From a virus, in the IMG/VR virus record IMGVR_UViG_3300026488_000022, positions 16,615-80,614 of that record: a DNA stretch of 64,000 nt. One strand, written 5' to 3'. This document shows positions 19,170 to 28,195 of this stretch, one piece after another (position 1 is the stretch's first letter; each line of letters opens with the position of its first letter). The position numbers and the translations under genes are program-made. The notes beneath the pieces were generated by a model, which was given only the letters and a program-made list of their open reading frames with translations, was not told the DNA's origin and ran no database searches.

Positions 19170-19292
19170 AAAAGAGATTTTAATATTTTAAAAATATATC
19201 AAAGAGAAATAAATTGCAGACCAAAAGTTGTTAAAAACAAAAAGAAATATACAAGGAAAGTAAAGCATAAAAAAGCTTTACTAAACTTTTAA
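19167..19292 (+). CDS. 41 aa basic cargo peptide, ArfA-like
   Basis: MKRDFNILKIYQREINCRPKVVKNKKKYTRKVKHKKALLNF behind the cassette promoter and RBS. Confidence 0.6.
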   Translation: MKRDFNILKIYQREINCRPKVVKNKKKYTRKVKHKKALLNF

Positions 19293-20615
19293 ATCAGGCT
19301 CACCACCAAGTGGGTCTGTGCTTCCTACATTTGTAGGTTTGTTTTGCCCTTCTGAACTATTTTGACTCATTTTTACTAAATCTTGAAAGAATTGTGCTTC
19401 ACTTCCTGTTAAAAATGCAGGAACAACATTTTTGTCAGCTCCTTCAAAATCCATTTCTGGTAAATCAACTAAATCTCTTGCCTCATTTAATGTAGCAAGT
19501 CCTGTTGCAAACAATGTTCTTGCACTATCAGCTTTTACATCAAGTGCAGTATCAAGTTCTGTTATTCTTCCAAAATCAAACTCAAAATAATATTTTCCAT
19601 AACCAAATTGTTTCCCTAAAAAGAGATTAATTTGGTCTTGTATTCTATAAAGATAAGGTCTGACTGCAGTATTAAAAACAACTTTCATTAATTCTTGAGG
19701 TTTTCCTGCACTTTTATCTTCTCCTCCTAAAACAAGAGAATTTAATTTAAAAACTCTTAAAACTCTTTTTTCACTTATATCAAGGCTATCTAATAACATT
19801 GCGTCTCTTGGACTTGCTTGTACTGTTTTATAATCCATTTTAGCGGGTAAAACAGCAATTCCTCTTCTCTCACTTCCTCCTTTACCATATAAAGCATTGA
19901 ATTGGTCTCTTAATTCATCTATTTGTTGAGGTGTTAGAGCATATTCTGCTTTTAAAATACCAGCTAAAATTACACTACCCTCATAAAACTCTTTTAAACT
20001 ATCAATAGCGTCCTTTTCTAAAGTTAAAGTGTCAAGTAAAGGTGCTACACTCGGCAAACCGTAATATGCATTATTTAATGTTGGGTTAATAATCCAAATA
20101 AGTTCGTTTTCTTTATAAGCAATTTGGTCATTATAAATATACCCTTTAATAAATTTAGAGGCGTCAGGTACAACTTGCACTAAATGTGGTTGGGTTAAAA
20201 ACCAAGTTTCATAACTTCCTTTAACGTTTTCAAAAGTTAAAGGCGCTACCCCTGAAAGTAATAAACCTTGAATTGCAAGTTCAATTATAACTCCCCAGGA
20301 CCAAAAAGGATTTGGTCTATATTCCCATTCTGCTAATTTTTTATCTTTAACAGGCAGTTTTTTACCCGATTTATCTAACCTATAAAGTCTTGGGATTGCT
20401 TGTCCTCCAGCTTTTGCGATATAATCAACTGCACTAAAAACAAGCTCACTTGTATGAAAAGTGTTTTCCATTCCACTTGTAGCAAGTTGATTGTTACCTA
20501 ATTTATAATCCTCAGCTATTTTTTTATTTGCTTTTGTTGCCTTTGTGTCCATATAAACTATTGTTTGTTTTTCTGTTTTTATATCCTTAGGTTTTAAAAA
20601 ATCAAATAATCCCAT
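19281..20615 (-). CDS. Portal protein (HK97/T5-like)
   Basis: VFSAVDYIA, RPNPF, YYGLPS, AVLPAKMDYK and TLNEARDLVDLP motifs. Confidence 0.92.
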   Translation of the reverse strand: MGLFDFLKPKDIKTEKQTIVYMDTKATKANKKIAEDYKLGNNQLATSGMENTFHTSELVFSAVDYIAKAGGQAIPRLYRLDKSGKKLPVKDKKLAEWEYRPNPFWSWGVIIELAIQGLLLSGVAPLTFENVKGSYETWFLTQPHLVQVVPDASKFIKGYIYNDQIAYKENELIWIINPTLNNAYYGLPSVAPLLDTLTLEKDAIDSLKEFYEGSVILAGILKAEYALTPQQIDELRDQFNALYGKGGSERRGIAVLPAKMDYKTVQASPRDAMLLDSLDISEKRVLRVFKLNSLVLGGEDKSAGKPQELMKVVFNTAVRPYLYRIQDQINLFLGKQFGYGKYYFEFDFGRITELDTALDVKADSARTLFATGLATLNEARDLVDLPEMDFEGADKNVVPAFLTGSEAQFFQDLVKMSQNSSEGQNKPTNVGSTDPLGGEPDLKV

Positions 20616-20646
20616 TTATATTCCTTTTTGTTATTTTACTATTAAA

Positions 20647-20654
20647 TATATCAG
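20647..20654 (-). promoter_or_regulatory. Putative late promoter (CTGATATA)
   Basis: 32 bp upstream of the portal ATG, fused to a leftover cassette RBS (aaacaaaaggagaaaaaatg). Confidence 0.7.
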
Positions 20655-20701
20655 TATAAAAAACAAAAGGAGAAAAAATGAAAAAGAAGAAAGAGCGGAA
20701 G

Positions 20702-20811
20702 CTCAATTGAAGCTTGTTTTACAAACCTCAATTGAACGCCCATTTCAGGCGTTCTAAATCAAACACCCATTTCAGGTGTTTTAAATTGAACACCCACCCC
20801 AGGTGTTCTAC
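20702..20811 (-). ncRNA. Candidate late-expressed four-hairpin small RNA (three 27-bp tandem stem-loop units plus one long hairpin)
   Basis: Units at 20731-20757, 20758-20784 and 20785-20811 with compensatory stem changes. The fourth hairpin needs G-U pairs available only on the minus strand. Own late motif at 20815-20822. Confidence 0.65.
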
Positions 20812-20814
20812 TAT

Positions 20815-20822
20815 TATATCGG
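20815..20822 (-). promoter_or_regulatory. Putative late promoter (CCGATATA) facing the non-coding hairpin array
   Basis: Motif immediately 5' of the first hairpin, with no ORF at the usual ~30 bp distance. Confidence 0.6.
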
Positions 20823-20825
20823 AAA

Positions 20826-21878
20826 TTAAACTAATCTTAATGACACATAATTTCCAACATAAGTTTTTTCACTTAAAGTAGCATCTGTGGTAAATAAAGG
20901 AAAATGTTTAATGCTTAAAGTTTCTTTAAAAAATTCACTAAAATAAACTTTTCCGTCTATTTCCTGTCTTAACCTAAATCTTAATTGGTTTGTTCTCCCC
21001 CATTGTCTTGTAGCTCCAATAAAATCAAAAAGAACTTCATTTTTAGTAAAAGCATATAAAGGATAATAACTGCCCCTTCTGTTTTGAGAAACACTACCTC
21101 TGTTTCCTGAATTATTAAAGTTTGTGTTTTTATCAAATCCCCATACTTCTAATTTTATTCCATCAGGAAAATCTTTCCCTAATTCAAAACCACCCGCAAA
21201 CACAACATTAAAAAACCTTTTTTGTATTGTATATGTGTCACCTGAATTAAAACTTTGATAAGTAACATCCCAACTTGTTAAATCACTATCATTCATAATT
21301 GCACTTTTTAAAAAACCATTCCCGTTAAATGCGTCTATATAAGATGTTTGAGGGATAAGGGCATTTCTTGCTTTAACATAGGAATTTCCTTCCTTTCTTG
21401 CCAATCTTAAATTGTATTGTCCGCCATATTTTAAAGGCTCTTCATAGACTATTTTAACAACCCCAGAAGGCGCACCATCTGGAAATTCTAAATGTTCTAC
21501 ATAACCGGCAGGATTAATCACTTGTCCGTGAAAATCCCAATCTTCAAACAATTCGTCATTAATATAAACTTTTACTAAATCTTTTTTTGGAAAAATAACT
21601 TGTCTTAAAAACAAACGATTTTTGCTGGATAAATTATCCGTATGATTATAAAATACCATCACATTCTTTTTGCTGTTTTCAGCTCCAAAAGGTATTAAAT
21701 GTTCATTATTTATTGCGTCATTTACGCTTTCATAAGAAATTGTATTATCTCGTACAACATAATATTTTAATTCAGTTCCATTATCCACTATAACAAGCTG
21801 GTTTAATTGATAATTTTTTAAACTTATATAATCATTGCTTTTTAAAACCGGTAATTTATAATGAGTATAAGTTGCCAT
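20826..21878 (-). CDS. Virion structural protein (paralog of the C-terminus of 21888-23753)
   Basis: KVYINDELFEDWDF and HFPLFTTD..TYVGNY shared with the neighbouring gene. Confidence 0.6.
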   Translation of the reverse strand: MATYTHYKLPVLKSNDYISLKNYQLNQLVIVDNGTELKYYVVRDNTISYESVNDAINNEHLIPFGAENSKKNVMVFYNHTDNLSSKNRLFLRQVIFPKKDLVKVYINDELFEDWDFHGQVINPAGYVEHLEFPDGAPSGVVKIVYEEPLKYGGQYNLRLARKEGNSYVKARNALIPQTSYIDAFNGNGFLKSAIMNDSDLTSWDVTYQSFNSGDTYTIQKRFFNVVFAGGFELGKDFPDGIKLEVWGFDKNTNFNNSGNRGSVSQNRRGSYYPLYAFTKNEVLFDFIGATRQWGRTNQLRFRLRQEIDGKVYFSEFFKETLSIKHFPLFTTDATLSEKTYVGNYVSLRLV

Positions 21879-21887
21879 TTTTTCTCC

Positions 21888-23753
21888 TTATATTATTTTC
21901 ATTAATTTGTAATGTCCTACAAAAGTATTGACATTATCTTCAGGGTCTGTTGTAAAAACAGGAAAATTACGCACACTAACTACACTTGATAACCATTGAC
22001 TAAACAAAACATCTCCAGAATTATCAACTTTAATCATTCTAAAATGATATACACCGTTTTTGTCTAAATTATAAATTTTATTTCTTGTAAATTTTCCTAC
22101 TGGAACTAACCTACCTTGTGCCTCCTTGTTATCAGGAATATGTTTTTTAGCTGGTGATTTACTGTCTCTTGCCCAAACTTCTATAACAAAACCATCTGGC
22201 AAATCAGTTTCTTTTGGAAACTCAGCTATATAGGCTAAATTTGGACTTGCTTTTTCTACATCAATTGTATAATCACGATTATTGACGCCTTTATAATGAC
22301 AGATGTAACGCTCAAAACCATAACTTGTATTAACTAAATCTACACTATCTAAATAATATCTAATACCTCCTTGGTCAGTAATAAATTTAGTTATCATTTT
22401 TGGTCTTGAAATTATAAAATTTGCACCTTCTTTTCTATATAAAACAAGCTTATAATCTCCAAGACCGATTGGCTCAACATATTCAATTTTTATTTTATCA
22501 TCATCGTTTAAAGCAGAATTAAACTTTAAATGAGTTGTATAATCTGGATTTAAACTTTCAACTTGGTCGCCAAAATCCCAATCTTCAAACACCTCATCAT
22601 TAACATAAACTTTAATTAAATTTCTACTTTTATAAATATATCTTTTTAAAAACAACAAATTTTTACCTGAAATATCTTCCCCTTTTCTGTAAATAAAAAC
22701 TTTATTAGTCGGGTCAGCACTTAGATTAAAACTAAAAAGCTCTCCTGTTGAGGTATCCACTCCAATTACATAAGGGTTATTAGGTTTTGCTTTAGGATTT
22801 TTACCATATGCATAAAAAATAGGATTATCTTCTTTTGTAAATTGATAATTGGTTTTTTTAACAATAAAATAAGGACTTAAACTTCCAAAATCATCACCTA
22901 AAACCACATCATATTGAGCATTATCACCATAAGCACCTACTACAAGTTGTGTGTCAGTTAAATTTCCGCCTTTCCCAGCAAGATAAGTTTGGTAAAAATT
23001 ATCACCATACATTGTTAAGAATACTTGTTTGGCATACGGGTCAGCTGATGTAGAGGCAGTAAAACTTGCTCCTGTATAATTATCATCATTATTTGTATTT
23101 GTAGCATTAAATTCTACAATACCATAAGCATTTCTTTCAATATAAACTCTTTGGACGTTTTCGGTGTTTTCATTAGGTACTAATTGTTCCCCTATGCCTG
23201 TATCTGCGTCTTCTTTTTTCCAATAAGTTTTAGTATCAATAATATCACAAATATCTTTAGGTGTGTATCTCCTCACTTCATTAACTTCACAAGGATTTTG
23301 TTTTTCGGCGTCTGATATTTTATGTATCTGAACTCCAAGATAAAACCAATTTGGATTACCTTCATCATCTGTTCTTGCCTCATATAAACCAGCTTTTTTC
23401 CTATTGAAAAAAACCCAAGTTCCTGTTGCTTTTTGTACTAACCATTGCTCACCGAGATGGTCTGCTGGGTCTGGCAAATCAGCATAAGTTTCAACTTCGC
23501 CTTCCCAACCATCAAAATTTGCATTACCTCCTAAGCTAACTTCAACCCAACTAAGCAAATCGTCTTGTAATTGCCAAAATTTTTGGTCTTCTTGATTATA
23601 AACAACCATTCCTACTTTTTTTCTTAAGTCAGGAATGTTATCACGTTCTTCAGTTGTTGCTACAACACGAAAACCACCTTCTAAATGAATATCCTCAATT
23701 AACGGATATTCACCACCGCCTGTATCAAATTTACCTGTTATTTTAATTGCCAT
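21888..23753 (-). CDS. Virion structural / fibre protein
   Basis: N-terminal GGFRVVATTEERDNIP..RKKVGMVVY motif common in phage fibre/decoration proteins. Confidence 0.65.
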   Translation of the reverse strand: MAIKITGKFDTGGGEYPLIEDIHLEGGFRVVATTEERDNIPDLRKKVGMVVYNQEDQKFWQLQDDLLSWVEVSLGGNANFDGWEGEVETYADLPDPADHLGEQWLVQKATGTWVFFNRKKAGLYEARTDDEGNPNWFYLGVQIHKISDAEKQNPCEVNEVRRYTPKDICDIIDTKTYWKKEDADTGIGEQLVPNENTENVQRVYIERNAYGIVEFNATNTNNDDNYTGASFTASTSADPYAKQVFLTMYGDNFYQTYLAGKGGNLTDTQLVVGAYGDNAQYDVVLGDDFGSLSPYFIVKKTNYQFTKEDNPIFYAYGKNPKAKPNNPYVIGVDTSTGELFSFNLSADPTNKVFIYRKGEDISGKNLLFLKRYIYKSRNLIKVYVNDEVFEDWDFGDQVESLNPDYTTHLKFNSALNDDDKIKIEYVEPIGLGDYKLVLYRKEGANFIISRPKMITKFITDQGGIRYYLDSVDLVNTSYGFERYICHYKGVNNRDYTIDVEKASPNLAYIAEFPKETDLPDGFVIEVWARDSKSPAKKHIPDNKEAQGRLVPVGKFTRNKIYNLDKNGVYHFRMIKVDNSGDVLFSQWLSSVVSVRNFPVFTTDPEDNVNTFVGHYKLMKII

Positions 23754-23764
23754 TTAAAAACTCC

Positions 23765-24577
23765 TTAACTGATAGTACTATCTAATGAACTACCTTGTTG
23801 ATAAGCAGTTCGCAATACTTTATATTCAATTGTAATACCATAATCATTTGTTATATTTATATTATCCAAATAAGTAAAATCAACAGCAAAACCAGACTCA
23901 TTGTCACGCCAATCATTGATATTTCCCCATTCAGCTGGATAAATAACATAACAATATTTATTTGTGCTTCCTATTGAAAAACTATAATGTCCAGCATACC
24001 CACTTTTCAAGGCACTGTTTTCAAGATTTTTAACCTCATCTTCAGTTAATGTATCATTCACTGAAGTTCCCCAATAAACTCTTGCCCTCCAATAAACACG
24101 AAAATCACGGCTAAAGATTTGCCCTTTTGTATTAATTCCACTAATTCTCCAAGTATAAGAACTGTTAATTCCGCTTGAAGTTTTATCGTCCCCAATATCT
24201 AAATCTTCCTGTCCATCGTTTGCTAAATTATCACCTAAAATCGCATTAGCATTTACATCTTTAATTCTAATTGAGTTTTCTTGAATGTTTTCTGAATGAC
24301 TTGTAGTCCATTTAAAAGTTCTAACTCCTCCGTTTATAACTTGGCCCACTTCTAACTGCGTAACTTGTCCATCAATATAAAAACTTGTAAAAGCAGGGTA
24401 TTGATAAGGAAATAAAATCATTTTTAAAACTTCACAAGGTTGTAGCCCGTTTATATCCGTTCCTGCTTCTAAACCTCCGTGTGTTTCAGGCACTGTATCC
24501 TCAGTTTGCATAACACAACCAGCTTGGTCTCCTACCCCTATATCTGGATAAATTATAGAAAATTTATTATTTGCCAT
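23765..24577 (-). CDS. Virion structural protein (Ig-like beta-rich)
   Basis: GGLEAGTDING..LKMILFPYQYPAF motif, beta-rich. Confidence 0.6.
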   Translation of the reverse strand: MANNKFSIIYPDIGVGDQAGCVMQTEDTVPETHGGLEAGTDINGLQPCEVLKMILFPYQYPAFTSFYIDGQVTQLEVGQVINGGVRTFKWTTSHSENIQENSIRIKDVNANAILGDNLANDGQEDLDIGDDKTSSGINSSYTWRISGINTKGQIFSRDFRVYWRARVYWGTSVNDTLTEDEVKNLENSALKSGYAGHYSFSIGSTNKYCYVIYPAEWGNINDWRDNESGFAVDFTYLDNINITNDYGITIEYKVLRTAYQQGSSLDSTIS

Positions 24578-24603
24578 ACTCAGCCTTTATTAGCATTTAT
24601 ACA

Positions 24604-24611
24604 TATATCAG
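24604..24611 (-). promoter_or_regulatory. Putative late promoter (CTGATATA)
   Basis: 27 bp upstream of the ATG at 24577. Confidence 0.7.
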
Positions 24612-24629
24612 TTATATTACTCTTATAAA

Positions 24630-24721
24630 AAATTTTAAAATTTTTGTAAAAAACTCTTGACATAAAGTAAAAAATATTTTATAATTCTAAATGTAAAACA
24701 AAAAACAAAGGAGAAAATATG
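24630..24721 (+). repeat. Dispersed cassette repeat, copy E (sigma70 promoter + RBS part only)
   Basis: tttttgtaaaaaactcTTGACA(24657-24662)-17-TATAAT(24680-24685)..aaacaaaggagaaaatATG. Confidence 0.9.
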
Positions 24722-25288
24722 GCAACAATTAAACAACTTGGAGAAATTAAAGTAGTAGAAATTAGAGGGGTTGGAGAAAACATCTCCGACGAAACTAAAA
24801 GAATTTTTTTAAGTAAAAGTGGGTTAAAAATAATTGAAGAATATGAAAGAACAAAAGAAAGCAATCCTGAGGAAGCACCAAGCTGGGAAGATGTTATTAA
24901 CAAGCTTGAACTTTATTTTAACAAAAACAACAAACCTATTTTAACTGCTAAAAAAGATAAAACAAAAATAACAATTAACAAATATATTGAAAGCAGTTAT
25001 AGGGGAACTTCTTATATTGAAGAAACAAGTGAAGGAGTTACAATAGTTAGCGCAACAGGTGCTGGAAGACTTGGTGAGCATACTGAATTTATTGCTACTA
25101 TACCAGAAGGATGTTATGTTATTGTTTATAGTGGTGGGAGATATCACAAAGGTTGGACTTGTTTTAAAAATGTAGAAGGAGAACTTAAAACTTATGAATT
25201 TTACAATAGAGGCAAATATGTAGAAAAACCTGATTATGAAGACGCTAAAATAGCTTTTGGATTAATGGATTGTGCTTGTGAAGATTAA
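24719..25288 (+). CDS. Hypothetical cassette cargo protein
   Basis: 189 aa, antisense to the late operon, behind the cassette promoter. Confidence 0.8.
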   Translation: MATIKQLGEIKVVEIRGVGENISDETKRIFLSKSGLKIIEEYERTKESNPEEAPSWEDVINKLELYFNKNNKPILTAKKDKTKITINKYIESSYRGTSYIEETSEGVTIVSATGAGRLGEHTEFIATIPEGCYVIVYSGGRYHKGWTCFKNVEGELKTYEFYNRGKYVEKPDYEDAKIAFGLMDCACED

Positions 25289-25291
25289 TTT

Positions 25292-26650
25292 TTACACGAC
25301 CTGAATTTGTAAATTTTGCAATTTCCACCACCCACTTGTTAAATACCTTAAAGCACCTACGGACAAATCAAAATGTCCGTCCTTGTTTCTTTCTATTGTT
25401 TTTCCATTGCTATTTTCTTTCCAATGAGCTAATTTTAATTCTTCAATCAATTGCATACAATTTTCTGATATGAATAATTTTCCTTTTTGAAATGCCGTGT
25501 TAATGTCCCTAATGCTTTCTACTAATTGAATTGGTGCGGGTTGTGTATAGTAACTATAACTATACGCCATATCTGCCATTGTCAAACTTGCACTTGGGTC
25601 ACAAAATCTTACAATCTGCATATCAGGATTTTCACAATATCTTTGTTCTATTTCTCTAAAATGTTTAATGTGCCATTCAATAGGCATTTGCCCCGCCATA
25701 TATTCATCTAAAACATAAATATTACCAGTCATTGGCTCTATCCAAGCCATAACAAAACTTGTATTGTCCCTAAAACCAATATCAATTCCTACTGCAAACG
25801 TATCTTTTGTTGTCATTTTATTTTTTAAATCACTAACTCTAAATACATTTTTTTCTAAATCAAAAGCATAAAATACCTGCAAATCCTCACTAAACCCACT
25901 TTGAAACTCACATAAATATTCTTGTTCAAAACTTCTTTTATCAAGTTTTGCTTTTATTGACTCAATCATTTCTTTTGTTATCATAGGATTATCATAAACT
26001 GTAACTTTTTTACAAAAATAATCGTTTCTTTGCCCACATCTTTTCCATAACTTATAAAAATCATTATCAAAAGTTCTTGGTGTTCCTATAAAATAAGTTT
26101 TAGAAAACATAAAGCCGTTTTCATCAGTACCATAATCGTTTTGTGCTGGTGAAATGTAGGTTTCCCAAATTTCAAGAACATTATTTATACTCGCAGTTTC
26201 ATCAAAAATAACTAAACTGAATTTATCTCCAAGTGCATTTTCATAATTTTTTTCTGTAACTACACGAAATTTAGCACCATTTTCTAATGTAAATGTTAAA
26301 CCTTTCATATCCTTTGATTTAAAAGGTAATTGTAGTTTATTTACATCTTTTTCAACATTACTAAAAATAGCTTGTGCATTTGCAAATGTAGGTGTTACTA
26401 ATAATATACTTGCATTAGGAATTAAAAGTTCTGACAATGCAATTTTTGACATAATTGTAGATTTACCTGCCCTTCTTGACATTAAAAAAACACCAACATT
26501 AAAATCAGCTTTTTGTATCCTATCAATTATCTCTTGTTGATATTTTGTAGGTGTAAATTCTAACAATTTTAATACTTTATTATAATCAATTTTTCTTTTT
26601 ACTTTTTTATAAAGTTCTATTTCTTGATTTACAGGTTTAAATTCTGACAT
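25292..26650 (-). CDS. terL: Terminase large subunit
   Basis: SRRAGKS Walker A, VIFDE Walker B, GTP coupling motif, FEQEYLCEF, GIDIG nuclease motif. Confidence 0.95.
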   Translation of the reverse strand: MSEFKPVNQEIELYKKVKRKIDYNKVLKLLEFTPTKYQQEIIDRIQKADFNVGVFLMSRRAGKSTIMSKIALSELLIPNASILLVTPTFANAQAIFSNVEKDVNKLQLPFKSKDMKGLTFTLENGAKFRVVTEKNYENALGDKFSLVIFDETASINNVLEIWETYISPAQNDYGTDENGFMFSKTYFIGTPRTFDNDFYKLWKRCGQRNDYFCKKVTVYDNPMITKEMIESIKAKLDKRSFEQEYLCEFQSGFSEDLQVFYAFDLEKNVFRVSDLKNKMTTKDTFAVGIDIGFRDNTSFVMAWIEPMTGNIYVLDEYMAGQMPIEWHIKHFREIEQRYCENPDMQIVRFCDPSASLTMADMAYSYSYYTQPAPIQLVESIRDINTAFQKGKLFISENCMQLIEELKLAHWKENSNGKTIERNKDGHFDLSVGALRYLTSGWWKLQNLQIQVV

Positions 26651-26685
26651 TAAATCTTCCTTTTTAATAGATTGTAATTTTAAGT

Positions 26686-26693
26686 TATATCAG
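26686..26693 (-). promoter_or_regulatory. Putative late promoter (CTGATATA)
   Basis: 36 bp upstream of the terL ATG. Confidence 0.7.
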
Positions 26694-26946
26694 TATAAAA
26701 TAAAAGTAAAATTTAATTTAAGAATTCTATTATAATATAATAATAACTTTAAGGGTTTGGACACTTTTGGACAGTAGCAGAAAGCCCTAAAATTCGGACT
26801 TTTAATAACTTGCAAACATTTATAATCAGTAAAAAATGTCATTTCGGCGGTCAAGAACATTTTATAATTTTTGTAAAAAACTCTTGACATAAAGTAAAAA
26901 ATGTTTTATAATTCCAATACAAATAAAAACAAAGGAGAATAAAATG
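26686..26946 (+). repeat. Dispersed cassette repeat, copy F (full)
   Basis: Near-identical to copy D. TTGACA 26884-26889 / TATAAT 26907-26912. Confidence 0.95.
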
Positions 26947-27408
26947 GAATATAGCGTAATAATAAATCTAACTCAACATAAAGCAACTGAAGAACAAAAA
27001 CAGGCAGGTGTGATAGACCTGCCAGAAAAATATCAAACAAAATTAAGAACACTTTTAACGTTTAATGAATTACCAAATTGTAAAGAAATCACTAATAGAG
27101 CTGAAAAAATAGGAGATTTAGTTTTAGAATTTTTATCAGATAATTTAAGTCCTGTTAAAAACGAAGTTGAACAAATTTTAAAATTAGATGAAATTAAACA
27201 AATTGAAGAATTTGAAAAACTAAATTTAGGTTTTATGATAGGTGGAGCGCCTTATCTTATGGGCGCTTTAGAAGAAGAACTAAGTTATTTTGGGACACCT
27301 TTATATGCCTTTACAAAAAGAATTGTAGAAGAAATAAAAAAATCAGACGGAACAGTAGAAAAGAAAGCAATATTCAAACACGAAGGCTTTGTTCCTGCTT
27401 GTATTTAA
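26944..27408 (+). CDS. Cargo protein resembling Csx20/CARF-like ring nucleases
   Basis: INLTQH.AT.EQ..GV.DLP, MIGG and PLYAFTKRIVEE...DGTVEKKAIFKH.GF motifs. Confidence 0.55.
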   Translation: MEYSVIINLTQHKATEEQKQAGVIDLPEKYQTKLRTLLTFNELPNCKEITNRAEKIGDLVLEFLSDNLSPVKNEVEQILKLDEIKQIEEFEKLNLGFMIGGAPYLMGALEEELSYFGTPLYAFTKRIVEEIKKSDGTVEKKAIFKHEGFVPACI

Positions 27409-27932
27409 TCTTTTATAACTTGATTTAAAATATTGACAAAAACATTTCCTGTTGTTCCTAATTTTTTTCTTTCTTCTTCTTTCATAATATCATCAAGCAT
27501 TTTAGCTACATCTAAAATATCTTTGTCAGTAGCATTAGCAAAATCACCTCCTTGTTTTTCAATTTGTTCTATTTTATCTTCTAATGTTCTCATAACAACA
27601 GAAACTACAACATTTTTAGCATTTTCTTTTATTTCTTTCATAATTGCATTATAAAAATCTTTAACATAAGGTTTTGATAAAGTTCTACTAATATATTGAT
27701 ATGGCAAACCAAGTTCAATTGCTATTCTTTTATTGCTATAACCTTTTGCTTTCATTTCTACAATATATCTTTCAACTGTTGATAAAGGTTTATCGAAATT
27801 AACATTTGTAAATTCTAAAACTTCAGTAGAAACTTTATTGTTTTTAACATTAGCGTCTGGTAAATTTTCTAATTCTTCTTTTTCTACAACTGCCACAGGA
27901 GTTATTTCTTTAGTTTCTTTATTCTTCATCAA
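27405..27932 (-). CDS. terS: Terminase small subunit (HTH)
   Basis: GYSNKRIAIELGLPYQYISRTL HTH plus coiled coil, upstream of terL. Confidence 0.65.
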   Translation of the reverse strand: MMKNKETKEITPVAVVEKEELENLPDANVKNNKVSTEVLEFTNVNFDKPLSTVERYIVEMKAKGYSNKRIAIELGLPYQYISRTLSKPYVKDFYNAIMKEIKENAKNVVVSVVMRTLEDKIEQIEKQGGDFANATDKDILDVAKMLDDIMKEEERKKLGTTGNVFVNILNQVIKD

Positions 27933-28164
27933 AATGCCTTTTATTTACAGTATTACTAAATTTAATTACTAAATCTTTAATTACTTCATCTTCTATTTTT
28001 ATTTTCTTGTTTTTTTCTTGACAAACATTACAACGTGTTTTTAATTCTAATTCTTTTAGACTTTCAACAAAAAATACATTAGAACAAGAGCAAACAACTT
28101 CATATTTTTTTAATTCTTCATTATAAACATAATCTAATAAAGGACTAATTTTATCTTTTTTCAT
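27919..28164 (-). CDS. Small zinc-ribbon protein
   Basis: CSC...CNVC. Confidence 0.55.
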   Translation of the reverse strand: MKKDKISPLLDYVYNEELKKYEVVCSCSNVFFVESLKELELKTRCNVCQEKNKKIKIEDEVIKDLVIKFSNTVNKRHFDEE

Positions 28165-28195
28165 TTTAAACCTTTTTATTAATTATAGCTTAATT

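Noticed and set aside
20678-20710. Mini-ORF MKKKKERKLN after a cassette-type RBS
   Set aside because: Ten codons with no upstream sigma70 promoter. Best explained as a collapsed cassette remnant.
20731-20811. Possible CRISPR mini-array (ATTGAAC-containing repeats)
   Set aside because: The units abut with no spacers and no cas genes are present. Kept as an ncRNA candidate instead.
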